A stretch of 64,000 bases of DNA. It comes from Chiloscyllium plagiosum. Lineage: Eukaryota. The DNA lies in the NCBI RefSeq assembly GCF_004010195.1, contig NC_057718.1, forward strand, positions 88,206,876-88,270,875, given 5' to 3'. The position numbers were made by a program, and so were the translations under genes. Every line of letters begins with the position of its first letter. Within the stretch, counting starts at the first letter, position 1. Positions 50,701 to 63,319 of the stretch are shown piece by piece. The notes beneath the pieces are model-generated. The model was given only the letters and a program-made list of their open reading frames with translations, did no database searches and was not told the origin of the DNA.

Positions 50701-53655
50701 CCGCCTCCCTCCTCTCCGCCTCCCTCCTCTCCGCCTCCCTCCTCTCCGCCTCCCTCCTCTCCGCCTCCCTCCTCTCCGCCTCCCTCCTCTCCGCCTCCCT
50801 CCTCTCCGCCTCCCTCCTCTCCGCCTCCCTCCTCTCCGCCTCCCTCCTCTCCGCCTCCCTCCTCTCCGCCTCCCTCCTCTCCGCCTCCCTCCTCTCCGCC
50901 TCCCTCCTCTCCGCCTCCCTCCTCTCCGCCTCCCTCCTCTCCGCCTCCCTCCTCTCCGCCTCCCTCCTCTCCGCCTCCCTCCTCTCCGCCTCCCTCCTCT
51001 CCGCCTCCCTCCTCTCCGCCTCCCTCCTCTCCGCCTCCCTCCTCTCCGCCTCCCTCCTCTCCGCCTCCCTCCTCTCCGCCTCCCTCCTCTCCGCCTCCCT
51101 CCTCTCCGCCTCCCTCCTCTCCGCCTCCCTCCTCTCCGCCTCCCTCCTCTCCGCCTCCCTCCTCTCCGCCTCCCTCCTCTCCGCCTCCCTCCTCTCCGCC
51201 TCCCTCCTCTCCGCCTCCCTCCTCTCCGCCTCCCTCCTCTCCGCCTCCCTCCTCTCCGCCTCCCTCCTCTCCGCCTCCCTCCTCTCCGCCTCCCTCCTCT
51301 CCGCCTCCCTCCTCTCCGCCTCCCTCCTCTCCGCCTCCCTCCTCTCCGCCTCCCTCCTCTCCGCCTCCCTCCTCTCCGCCTCCCTCCTCTCCGCCTCCCT
51401 CCTCTCCGCCTCCCTCCTCTCCGCCTCCCTCCTCTCCGCCTCCCTCCTCTCCGCCTCCCTCCTCTCCGCCTCCCTCCTCTCCGCCTCCCTCCTCTCCGCC
51501 TCCCTCCTCTCCGCCTCCCTCCTCTCCGCCTCCCTCCTCTCCGCCTCCCTCCTCTCCGCCTCCCTCCTCTCCGCCTCCCTCCTCTCCGCCTCCCTCCTCT
51601 CCGCCTCCCTCCTCTCCGCCTCCCTCCTCTCCGCCTCCCTCCTCTCCGCCTCCCTCCTCTCCGCCTCCCTCCTCTCCGCCTCCCTCCTCTCCGCCTCCCT
51701 CCTCTCCGCCTCCCTCCTCTCCGCCTCCCTCCTCTCCGCCTCCCTCCTCTCCGCCTCCCTCCTCTCCGCCTCCCTCCTCTCCGCCTCCCTCCTCTCCGCC
51801 TCCCTCCTCTCCGCCTCCCTCCTCTCCGCCTCCCTCCTCTCCGCCTCCCTCCTCTCCGCCTCCCTCCTCTCCGCCTCCCTCCTCTCCGCCTCCCTCCTCT
51901 CCGCCTCCCTCCTCTCCGCCTCCCTCCTCTCCGCCTCCCTCCTCTCCGCCTCCCTCCTCTCCGCCTCCCTCCTCTCCGCCTCCCTCCTCTCCGCCTCCCT
52001 CCTCTCCGCCTCCCTCCTCTCCGCCTCCCTCCTCTCCGCCTCCCTCCTCTCCGCCTCCCTCCTCTCCGCCTCCCTCCTCTCCGCCTCCCTCCTCTCCGCC
52101 TCCCTCCTCTCCGCCTCCCTCCTCTCCGCCTCCCTCCTCTCCGCCTCCCTCCTCTCCGCCTCCCTCCTCTCCGCCTCCCTCCTCTCCGCCTCCCTCCTCT
52201 CCGCCTCCCTCCTCTCCGCCTCCCTCCTCTCCGCCTCCCTCCTCTCCGCCTCCCTCCTCTCCGCCTCCCTCCTCTCCGCCTCCCTCCTCTCCGCCTCCCT
52301 CCTCTCCGCCTCCCTCCTCTCCGCCTCCCTCCTCTCCGCCTCCCTCCTCTCCGCCTCCCTCCTCTCCGCCTCCCTCCTCTCCGCCTCCCTCCTCTCCGCC
52401 TCCCTCCTCTCCGCCTCCCTCCTCTCCGCCTCCCTCCTCTCCGCCTCCCTCCTCTCCGCCTCCCTCCTCTCCGCCTCCCTCCTCTCCGCCTCCCTCCTCT
52501 CCGCCTCCCTCCTCTCCGCCTCCCTCCTCTCCGCCTCCCTCCTCTCCGCCTCCCTCCTCTCCGCCTCCCTCCTCTCCGCCTCCCTCCTCTCCGCCTCCCT
52601 CCTCTCCGCCTCCCTCCTCTCCGCCTCCCTCCTCTCCGCCTCCCTCCTCTCCGCCTCCCTCCTCTCCGCCTCCCTCCTCTCCGCCTCCCTCCTCTCCGCC
52701 TCCCTCCTCTCCGCCTCCCTCCTCTCCGCCTCCCTCCTCTCCGCCTCCCTCCTCTCCGCCTCCCTCCTCTCCGCCTCCCTCCTCTCCGCCTCCCTCCTCT
52801 CCGCCTCCCTCCTCTCCGCCTCCCTCCTCTCCGCCTCCCTCCTCTCCGCCTCCCTCCTCTCCGCCTCCCTCCTCTCCGCCTCCCTCCTCTCCGCCTCCCT
52901 CCTCTCCGCCTCCCTCCTCTCCGCCTCCCTCCTCTCCGCCTCCCTCCTCTCCGCCTCCCTCCTCTCCGCCTCCCTCCTCTCCGCCTCCCTCCTCTCCGCC
53001 TCCCTCCTCTCCGCCTCCCTCCTCTCCGCCTCCCTCCTCTCCGCCTCCCTCCTCTCCGCCTCCCTCCTCTCCGCCTCCCTCCTCTCCGCCTCCCTCCTCT
53101 CCGCCTCCCTCCTCTCCGCCTCCCTCCTCTCCGCCTCCCTCCTCTCCGCCTCCCTCCTCTCCGCCTCCCTCCTCTCCGCCTCCCTCCTCTCCGCCTCCCT
53201 CCTCTCCGCCTCCCTCCTCTCCGCCTCCCTCCTCTCCGCCTCCCTCCTCTCCGCCTCCCTCCTCTCCGCCTCCCTCCTCTCCGCCTCCCTCCTCTCCGCC
53301 TCCCTCCTCTCCGCCTCCCTCCTCTCCGCCTCCCTCCTCTCCGCCTCCCTCCTCTCCGCCTCCCTCCTCTCCGCCTCCCTCCTCTCCGCCTCCCTCCTCT
53401 CCGCCTCCCTCCTCTCCGCCTCCCTCCTCTCCGCCTCCCTCCTCTCCGCCTCCCTCCTCTCCGCCTCCCTCCTCTCCGCCTCCCTCCTCTCCGCCTCCCT
53501 CCTCTCCGCCTCCCTCCTCTCCGCCTCCCTCCTCTCCGCCTCCCTCCTCTCCGCCTCCCTCCTCTCCGCCTCCCTCCTCTCCGCCTCCCTCCTCTCCGCC
53601 TCCCTCCTCTCCGCCTCCCTCCTCTCCGCCTCCCTCCTCTCCGCCTCCCTCCTCT
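44771..53655. repeat. Perfect tandem array (CCTCTCCGCCTCCCT)x592 plus 5 nt
   Basis: Every 60-nt line from 44821 to 53640 is identical; 8880/15 = 592 full units. Confidence 0.99.
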
Positions 53656-53827
53656 TTCCCCCATTCAGCAAATTGATTGTTGCAAGTCTACAGATGAAAA
53701 ACGAACAGGAATGGCCGCAGATGAACAAAATAAAACTAGTTTAACTGATTCTATTCGATCACTCTGGCAGATATACAGTAGCTGGTATGATCTTGAGTTG
53801 TTCTAACTTTTCTTTCTTCTCATGAAG

Positions 53828-53968
53828 GGTCAGTTTGATATTGCTGTTGCCAGTGAAATCATGGCAATCCTTGCCCTGACCAATGGCCTGGCTGACATGA
53901 AAACTCGGCTTGGTAAAATTGTGGTAGCCAACAACCGGAAAGGACAACCAGTTACTGCAGAAGATCTG
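53828..53968 (+). CDS. MTHFD1L: MTHFD1L exon [47 protein letters not shown]
   Basis: Polypyrimidine tract plus aag acceptor, gtatgt donor; 141 nt, phase 0; [11 protein letters not shown] motif. Confidence 0.96.
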
Positions 53969-55876
53969 GTATGTACCAATGGTGTTGTCATTTATGTATA
54001 AATATCCAGGCATTTGACTATATGCAAGGGAGGTGATAATGCCAGATTACAAAAGTTAGCTCTGTAATTGTCATTGGAAAGAGATCATTTCTGAATGAAC
54101 TCAGTTTCTGGATCTGGTGGACGAAAGGAATGGGGACTTGTATTTACATAGCACCTTTTTATAAACTTGGGGAAACTCCAAGACACTTTACAGCTAATAC
54201 TGTAGTTATTATTCTAATGTAGGAAATGTGGTAATCAGTTTGCCTACCAAGCTCCCACAAACAGCAAAGCAACAATGAACAGATTATTTGTTTGGAATTC
54301 CCTTCTATCCCTCTGACTTGTCTGTTTCTAAGACAATACATTAATATTCCCTCTAAACTTTTGTGTCCACTATTCTATGACTCATTTGACTCTGTTTCCA
54401 CTTTTGTCTGCCTGATCAGGTGTATTTAAAATCCCATGACTCTATTTTGTAGAAACATAGATAATTGGAGCAGGAATGGGCATTAAGCACTTCAAGTTTG
54501 CTCCACCATTCAATATGATCATGGCTGAATATCCAATTCAGTACCCTGTTCTCACTTTCTCTCCATCCCCTTTGGTCTCTTTATCCCTAAGAACTGTACC
54601 TAACTCTTTCTTGAAAACATTCAATGTTTTGGCGTCAGCTGTATTCTATGTAAAGGATTTCATCAGCTCACCACTCATTGTCTCAGTACTAAATGGCCTA
54701 TCCTGTATCCTTAAACTGTGACCCCGCTTTTACAAAGGAAAGAATAACAGACACGGCCTTGATGCTATTCTATTTTTTTAAAAAAAGTTGCTGCTGACAA
54801 TGTAGTCCTGCCTGTGTACTTCACTGAAGTGTATCTTTGCATTGGTTTCTGGAGGTGGATTGGAATCCATGTCCTGCTAACTCAGGAGAGTGTGCTATTG
54901 GCTCAGCTTTGACTGGCTTTGCAGTGCTGGCAGTGGCTGGATGGTAGAATTCACCACAATTCATTGGTTTGCTTCTGTCAGTATGGCTAGTCAATTGTTC
55001 ACCCATGAGCTTCTGGAGTTCTACAATGTTGTTCACTCTTTTCCCCTTAGATTCTTCTGCTCTCTGCTTCTTCCGAATTCCAGATTTTCATTAGTTAGGT
55101 TAAGCTATGTAAAGGACAATGCAAAAATCAGTTGTCTTAGAGCTTTGTAGCATGAAAACAGACCCTTTGGTCCAACTCGTCTATGCCAACCAGATGTCCT
55201 AAATTAATTTATTCCCAGCACCCGGCCCATATGCTCTAAACCCTTCATATTCATATACCTATCCAAATACCTTTTAAATGTGTCACTTCCCACATGGTCA
55301 CTGCTTTGTCTCTCATCCTCCTTTTTAAAGTGCCGTTGGTTTAATTGCTTTTGCTTTTCAAAGTTCCAAAATAATGCATAGCTTATAAAACAGTAATTAC
55401 TACTCCCAGAATTCAAGGAAATCCACTCCAACACTGATCCCGAAAGCTAGAACTAAGGGGTATAGTTTAAAATAAAGCCCATCTGCCCATTTAAAATTAA
55501 AACGAATAAACATTTTACCTCTCAGGGTTGAGGGTTGTGGAACTCCCCTCCTCAAAATTGAGTGCAGTTGCGTTGATGAGAGATTGGAATCCCTATAATG
55601 GTCTTAATGGATAAGAATGCAGATTTCATCATTCTTAAGAGCATTAGTGAACCAACTGAGTTTGTAGAAAATTCACAGTTGCATGGTATTGGTTCTGATA
55701 ATTGACTCCATTTCCAGATTGGCTTTTGTAGACTGATTTCAAATTCTCAAGTTATAAATGCAGAACTTGAACTTGTTCGTTGCATAAGTAGTCCATATCT
55801 GAGAATTTCTGTCTACCTCTGTCCATCTGAAGACCAACTTTTTTTAATAAGTAATTTCTCTGCTATTTTTGTGCAG

Positions 55877-55945
55877 GGGGTTAGTGGTGCACTAGCCGTT
55901 CTGATGAAAGATGCCCTCAAACCAACCTTGATGCAAACTCTGGAG
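55877..55945 (+). CDS. MTHFD1L: MTHFD1L exon GVSGALAVLMKDALKPTLMQTLE
   Basis: cag/gtaaga sites, 69 nt; conserved LMKDAxKPxLMQTLE. Confidence 0.96.
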
Positions 55946-58900
55946 GTAAGAACATTAAGAATACTCCTAGACCTAATCCCAGGAGGACCACCCCACTAAG
56001 TTAGGAAAAGAATCAACATGTATTTAGATAATGCCTTTCCTTACCTAGGATGTAACTGGCCAGTTAACTCATTTTGAAGTGAAATCACTATTCTAACACA
56101 GGATTTCAACAGCCAATTTGTGCGCAATGTGGTCGCTCAAACAGCAATGGGGTAATGGTTAGATAATTTGGTTTTAGTGAAGTTGGCTGAGGGATAAATT
56201 TTGGCCTGGACTCTGGGAGACATATGCTGTTGTTCTTTGAATAATGTCAATGAAACTTCTATGTTCACCTAAAAAAAAAAGTCAGCTTGCCATCTTAAAA
56301 GGCAGTGCAGTGCTCAGTACTGCACCAGTAGTATGAATCCAAATTATATTGTCAAGATCCTCCCATAAGTTTGAATTCTGACCTTCTGACTCCAAGCTGA
56401 GAGTTCTTAGTTTGAGCAATGATTAACAGCTAATAAGGTACATAGGCACATGGTTAGACCATTTCTCTCTTTGAGACCATTCTGCTATTTAGTCACGCCA
56501 TGGTTATTCTGTGCCTCAAGTCTTTTTATTCATCTTTGTTCCATACTTAGCAAAAATCTGCCTTTATAAGAATTAGATTTTATTGTCACATGAACTCAAG
56601 TATACGAATACAGGAGCACAGTGAAAAGTGTACAAAGTGACCATTCTCCAGTCCCATGTTGGTTATAAGACCAGAATTTAAAAAACAGAAAGAAAATCCA
56701 AACAGTAAGTAAATGTACAGATCTTAAAGTGTAAAGCCTTATCTGCATAAAGATGTTTGGAATGCTCAGCTATCAAGGCAGGCACCCAAGCCGACTCTCA
56801 GCCTGGAGTCAAGGTCAGCCTGTGGACTCTAGTGGACTGGCAAAAGGAAAAGTCTTTGAATGTACACCAATTGTAAATATTTAGTAAATGGGCTTTAGCA
56901 ATTAATACTTATTCCCTCTCTTGCTGGAACCTGAAGTCTCTTATTCTTTATCTCTGTCTCTTGCTGTTTTTTTTTATTTTCATGTTTTGAGGCTGAGAAC
57001 TTTGCATTTCGGTGCTTTCTCTAGTGAAGGGATGGCTCATATGTTCACAGCGCTTGAGGGGTCTGTTAAGGGTCACAGATGTAAAACAAGTTCAAGGCGG
57101 TTATTTTTGAAGCTGAAGTCATTTATTATTTTTGTATATATGAAGTAATTGTATGGACCTATGCAAAAATAAAGGTCATTTAAAAAGAGCATGAGAAATA
57201 CTCAAAGAAGGTGAATGAGAATTTATGAACTAACTAACTAGAATATAATTTTGTGGGGGAAGTCTGTCATAGATGAATCAGTTTTGCACTCAGTCTTTTT
57301 CAACCAATGTTGATAACAAAGATGTAATGAAGGTTCCTCCTTGTCCTTGTGGCCTTCTGAAGACATACTAAGGCCTGTGACGTGTCCAAAATCTCTGCAT
57401 TTCTCCAATTCGGTCCCATGACCAATCCAAATTTCTATACCTTTCAATTGTTGGAGGTGTCTTCTACTGTGCCAACCCTAAAATCAAGGATTTCCTTGCT
57501 AAACTAGTGCCTTTATACCTCCTCCCCTCAGATTCTCCTTGAAATATACCTCTTTGACCATTGCTTTGATCATCTATTGTGACATCTCCTCATGTGATTG
57601 ATGTCAGATTACACCTTGAAACTCCTTGGCACATTTTACTACATTGAAGGCACTTTATAGATTAGTTGTGGAAACCACTAAAACCCTTGCACTGTTTAGG
57701 ATGGAGTATCCTATGGATTGGCCTTAAGCAGGTTAAAACCATTGAGAGTTCACAATGCAGACTGGTGATTGGTCTGCAAACCCTTCCACAAATTAATCTT
57801 ATTCTCCAAAGGGAGGATGTGAAGATCTACAAACTGTCAACGTCAATTCAGCCTGTGCCCCCATTTGTTTCCTCAGCTGAGCTAAGAGGTATCGTGAGTG
57901 AGAATCTGATTGAAACTTGAAAATCTAAATATGTTTTCAGTTCAGACGTATAATGGGAGGAGTGAACATAGCAACTCAGTTTCCTTTGGTTTACTTTGTC
58001 CTCTTTCAGAGATGGTGCAACGTTTTCAATTATGTTTCTCTGCTCACCCCAGGTCTGCCACGTGACATAGATCTCGGTTCATATCTGGAATGACCTTATA
58101 CTTCTATTTTGTTGTTCAGTCATCCAGATAAAATCAACTTGATATTTAACTTACTATCAGCACTTGTATTTTGGAGAGAGGCATAAGGAGGCTGCCGCTC
58201 CTGTAAAAATTAAAACTCTAAGTAGCATAGAATGTACAGGGTTCTCGGGATACAAATTCACCAATCATTAAAAGTAACAATTTAAGTTATCACAGCAATA
58301 AAAGTGCAAACTGAACACTAGGGTTCGTTTCTACACCAATATTAGCTGTTATTCAGTTGATAGCATTCTCACCTTAAAGGATTCTGTGTCCTATAGGAGC
58401 TAGTGTTACACCTCATTGGAGTAGTGTGCTGGATATCAAGCCTCACTGTTCCCAGAGTTGTTGCAAGAGATTTTAAAAAGCATGCAAAATTCTCCAATTT
58501 AGGACTTCCATACCGAGAGCGACAAAGAAGAGACCATGTTTATACATTTCACAAAACTGACACCTTATTACAAGTAAATAGACTTAACAGAATTAAGCAG
58601 TTATGAACCATTGCCATATTCTTCCACTAGTTTAAACACTAAGCTCCCTTTAAATCCCAACCCTCAACAAAACAGTCAGATGACTTGCTTTCTAAAAAGT
58701 GCAACAATTCTTTTACAATCCTTAATGTTGTTTTCCTGTTTTAGTCCACAATCTAAAATAAAATATCAAGATATAATCCTTACACTGGCCAAATGTAAAT
58801 TGTTATCAAAAATAACCAATGAAGTTTCCTTCTTTCAGGTTTGTTCAATATTTATAACCACTGTACAACTATTTTGGATTCTAATCCAGAGTTGTAAATC

Positions 58901-59200
58901 TAACTGTCCGTGACAAATCATGTATTTTGTACAGATAATAAGGGCTGGTGTCAGTGTTCCCTCTAGTTTTTGCTGTGCTTGTCCTGTTTGTTGGGCGACA
59001 TGCTACATTCCAGATTGTTATGGTTTACACATCTTAGAAGGAACATTGGTGGGTGTTGTTGCTGCGAGGTTGCTGTGCTTCAGAGTTAGAAAGAAGTTTT
59101 GAAATTCTTTCTGTTTTAGATGGTTGTTATTGCTGATACTATGTGTCTCTCTCGATTTTTAACACTTCTCTCTTCCTTTGTTTCTCTCATCCACCCGAAG

Positions 59201-59312
59201 GGGACCCCAGTGTTTGTGCACGCTGGACCTTTTGCAAATATTGCACATGGTAGTTCTTCAATTCTAGCTGACAAGTTGGCACTGAAGCTTGTTGGCAAGG
59301 AAGGGTTTGTGG
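59201..59312 (+). CDS. MTHFD1L: MTHFD1L exon [37 protein letters not shown]
   Basis: aag/gtaagt sites, 112 nt; [11 protein letters not shown] motif. Confidence 0.97.
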
Positions 59313-59508
59313 GTAAGTAGACTGCTGTATCATGATTCTCTCATTGCCCTATAGAGACATCAATGGATTGGGTGAGTGGACAAAACTGAGAGATTAAAAG
59401 TTCATTAGTGGGATGTTTGAGGTTATCTACCTCAGACCCAAGAAAGATGGTCAGAATATTCTCTAAATGGTGAAAACTTAACTGTGGCAGGACAGAATAT
59501 TTTAGGTC

Positions 59509-60640
59509 GAGAGTGGATTCTTCCGCTGTCTCCGCCCATGCTGCGACCTTGAATGTTTCTACCTCTGCCTTCATGCTCACTTTTTCAACCAAGACATCCA
59601 CCCACCCACCGAGGACCCCTTTTCCCGTCTCCAACATACTCATCCACCTGGGCACCCCATGCCAGCGTTGACCTTTTCATTTCAAACTGTCGCTGTGACA
59701 TCGACTGTCTCAATCTGTCCAACCGCCTCACCCACTTCAACCTCCCACCCTCACAACGCGCAGCCCTCCACTCCCTCCACTCGATCCCCAACTCCACCAT
59801 CAGACCCACAGACGCAGTAGTAGTGTGGCATACTGCCCTCTACACACAGGCGCCAACTCACAGAATTCCTCGTCAGTTCGATAACGCCCATCTGCCCACA
59901 CCCCACTCCTGGCACCTTTACCTGCCACTGCAGGAAGTGCAAAACCTGTGCCCATACCACTTCCCTCCCCTCCATTCAGTGTCCCAAAGGATCCTTCCAC
60001 ATCTGTCATAAATTTACCTGTACCTCTACCAATGTCATCTACTGCATCGGTTGCATCCGGTGTGGTCTCCTCTACATCGGGGAGACAGGACGCCTCCTTG
60101 TGGATCATTTCAGAGAACATCTCTGGGGCACCCACACCCACCAACCCCACCACCCTGTAGCTGAACGGTTCAACTCCCCCTCCCACTCCATCAAGGACAT
60201 GCAGGTCTTGGGCCTCTTCCACTGCCAAACCGTTACCATTCACGCTTGGGCGAAGAACGTCTCATATTCCACCTTGGGACCCTGCAACCACACAGGATAA
60301 ATGTGGGTTTCAACAGCTTCCTCATTTCCCTTGTTCCCACATTATCCGAGTCCCAAGCCTCCAACTCGGCATGGCCCTCCAGACCTGTCCATCACTTTCC
60401 CCCTCTGACCTATCACCTTCTCCCTTACCTTCATCCAGCTATCGCGCTCTCAGCTATCTTTCTGCAACCCCACCCCCCCTCCCATTTATCTCTCAGCCCC
60501 GACAAGCCTCATTCCTGATGAAGGGCTCAAGTTCGAAACATCGATTCTCCTGCTCCTCGGATGCTGTCTGACCTGCTGTGCTTTTCCAGCACCACACTCT
60601 CGACTCTGATCTCCAGCATCTGCAGTCCTCACTTTCTCCT
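59509..60640 (+). mobile_element. Internally deleted PLE (Cys-rich linker and GIY-YIG, Neptune-like) with a 15-bp TSD
   Basis: TSD agaatattttaggtc / agaatgttttaggtc at 59494-59508 and 60641-60655. Motifs TCHCRKCKTC and NVIYCIGCIRCGLLYIGETGR. Decayed hammerhead at 60511-60547. Confidence 0.85.
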
Positions 60641-63319
60641 AGAATGTTTTAGGTCTCCAACTACATAAATCATTCAATTGTAGTGTAAGTAAGTTTGCAC
60701 AATGCAAGTTCTGAAACACTTTTAATGAGGAAATGAAATTTTGAGCTTTATCTCATGGTGGCTGGGCTACAAAGGAATAGATGTTATGCTATAGTTGTAT
60801 CAAACTCTGATTAGGCCCAATTCTGGACATGAGATGGCATCGTTGTCACAGAAGAAAGTATTGACCTTGCAGGGGGTTATCACAAATTCACCAGAAATAT
60901 GCCAAGACTGAAAATTAAATTATAACAATGGATTGTGTAGTCTGGGTTTGTATTTGCTGAAAATGTGTTGCTGGAAAAGCACAGTAGGTCAGGCAGCATC
61001 CAAGAAGCAGGAGAATCGACGTTTCGGGCATGAGTCCTTCTTCAGGAATGAGGGTTTGTATTTGCTCAAGTATAAAAGATTAAAGAGAGATTTAAATGAT
61101 GTTTAAGATAATCAAATTATTTGATCATTTCTTTGCATCTACCTTCTTCCCTGTGGAAGGGGATGCCAAAACAAGTGGCATAATCCTAAAATTAGATCTA
61201 GGTTATTCAGGGCTGGATGTCAAAAAGCATTCCTAAACAGAAAGGTTACTGGAAATCTGGAACTCTTCTTCTAAAAAGCAATCAGAATTAGGTTAATTGA
61301 AAAAAAGACAAAACAGAGCATAATTGTTTTTGTTCATGGTGTAAGGCAGATCAAAAGTAGGTAGGTGAAATTACAAATTAATTATTTTTATCCTAATTGA
61401 ATGTTTGAATGGACTGGAGGGGCTTGATGGCCTGCTTCAGTTCCTGAAAAAATTCCACAGAGGCTGGTACCCCATCATCAAGTCACCCTTTATTTACTTA
61501 GTCCTTGATTATACTATTGCCTCACACAGAGTCAGGCACCAGAGTGTCAGTATCTCTGACACTTAGCCTTTTTATAAATTAGACAAAAAACCGAAAGAAC
61601 TGTGGATGCTGAAAATCAAACAAAAACAACTGAACTGGACCTGAAACATTAACTCTCCTTTCTCTCCACACGTACTACGAGACCTGCTGAACTTTTTAGG
61701 CAATTTCTATTTTTGTTTCAACCTTTTTATACATCAGCCAGTGCTCCCTGATTGAAGCTGTTAATCTAATCCAATCAGGGAACTCATTCTGTGAGGTCCA
61801 GCTGGTTGACCTTGTCACAATCACTGTCATTCCAATGAATGCATGTCTATTACAGGTGATGTGAGGAAGGTAATTGTTAAATGTCATCAACTAGCTTGCA
61901 ATAGAAGGGAAGCAAAATTGGGTGTCATGTTTTACGTGAGTGATGTGTTGAGATATGTTGAAGAATAAATCATACAAGTTCAAAGTTTAAATATTTTCAG
62001 TAAATATTTGGGAATTGACAACAGTTAACCTTCAGTGTATTTTAAATTGGAAAATGAAAAGCAATGCAAATTTCCACATATATGCCAATGCCATTCAGCT
62101 GTACCTCATTACTGCATCTTCTACACATCCACTTTCCCTGACTAAATTGTCAGATGGTGCAATAAAGGATGAGCAGAAATGTTCTCAAATTAAGTAATAG
62201 CATCACTCTTCCTAATGTCTTTACTTCCCTTGACAAACTGTGTTCCCTTGCCCTTAACTCATTGCTCTCTCTGAGGAGCTGAACCAGGCTGTTTGAAACC
62301 TATGTTGTTTGTTCCAAACTTGTGCTTTGGATGTCAATGCCACTGTCAAAGTTATTGTTTAATGCCCATCCATAAATACTCTGAGAAGATGATGGAGAGA
62401 TGCTTCCTTTAACAATTGCAACCCATGTGGTATAGGTGCCTTCACATCCCTATAGGAAGGAAGGGAGTTCCAATATTTTTAGGCAGCTTCATGATGAAAG
62501 AACAGCTATATGTTTCCAAGTTAAAATGGTGTGCGGCTTGCAGGTGAACTTGGAGATGGTTGTGTCTGCATGTTTGTAATGGTTGTGGGTTTGAAGAGTG
62601 CTGTTGGAAGTGCTTTAGGGAGACCACCTGTAGAGAGTACACTTTGCTTTTATGCAGAACAGCCCTGGCAGGAAAAGTGAATGTTTAAATTCATGACACG
62701 TAGAAATAAACTTCTAGTCATATATCTGCACAATTGCTAAGTCTGTTTCTACTGCTGTAATGTTGCCTCTATCCTTCCGTCAAATCAAATGCAGATGAAA
62801 TTATTATCCATGTTTTTGTTACCTCTAAACTCAAGCATTCAGTGCCCTCTTAGCTGGCCTCCCAATCTGATTTTTGTAATCTTCATCCAAATCTCTGTTG
62901 CCAGTGTCCTTTGAATGTATAGAGTTTGACCAGAAACCAACAGCTCAAAAGACAAATGGGCAATCAGTGGCTGTGGGACAGGGTTATATCAGATAAAGCC
63001 CTGGTGAGTTCAAGCTGGCCTTCATGAGCTTTTAGGATAAATGTTTCTAAGACTGAGAGGATATTCATTGTGCAGATATCTTGAGTGGAGCTCACTGAAT
63101 ATTGATTTTCTTCATCAGCATTTGGTCTTTGTAAAACTAATCAGCAATCACATTTCTTAACATTAGATATTATTTTCTGACTATCTGACCTTGATGGAGC
63201 CCTATATGGCTTCTGTCTGGTGGTTTTTGCCGAGGCCATGACTCAATCACACAAGGAACTACATTGTTGGTATTCGTGCAATCTTGTAACAGTGCAATTG
63301 AGAGTTTTGCAGTAACTAT

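Noticed and set aside
44771..53655. CRISPR array, telomeric repeat or PRDM9 hotspot interpretation (unit contains CCTCCCT)
   Set aside because: There are no spacers and the unit is not TTAGGG. PRDM9 motifs are allele- and species-specific, and the full human 13-mer is not matched.
44690..53806. Four ~3000-aa ORFs (poly-LRLPP, poly-SSPPP, poly-GGRRR, poly-EAERR)
   Set aside because: The 15-nt unit has no stop codon in any frame, and there is no synonymous variation across 592 units. These are by-products of an intronic repeat, not extensin- or protamine-like genes.
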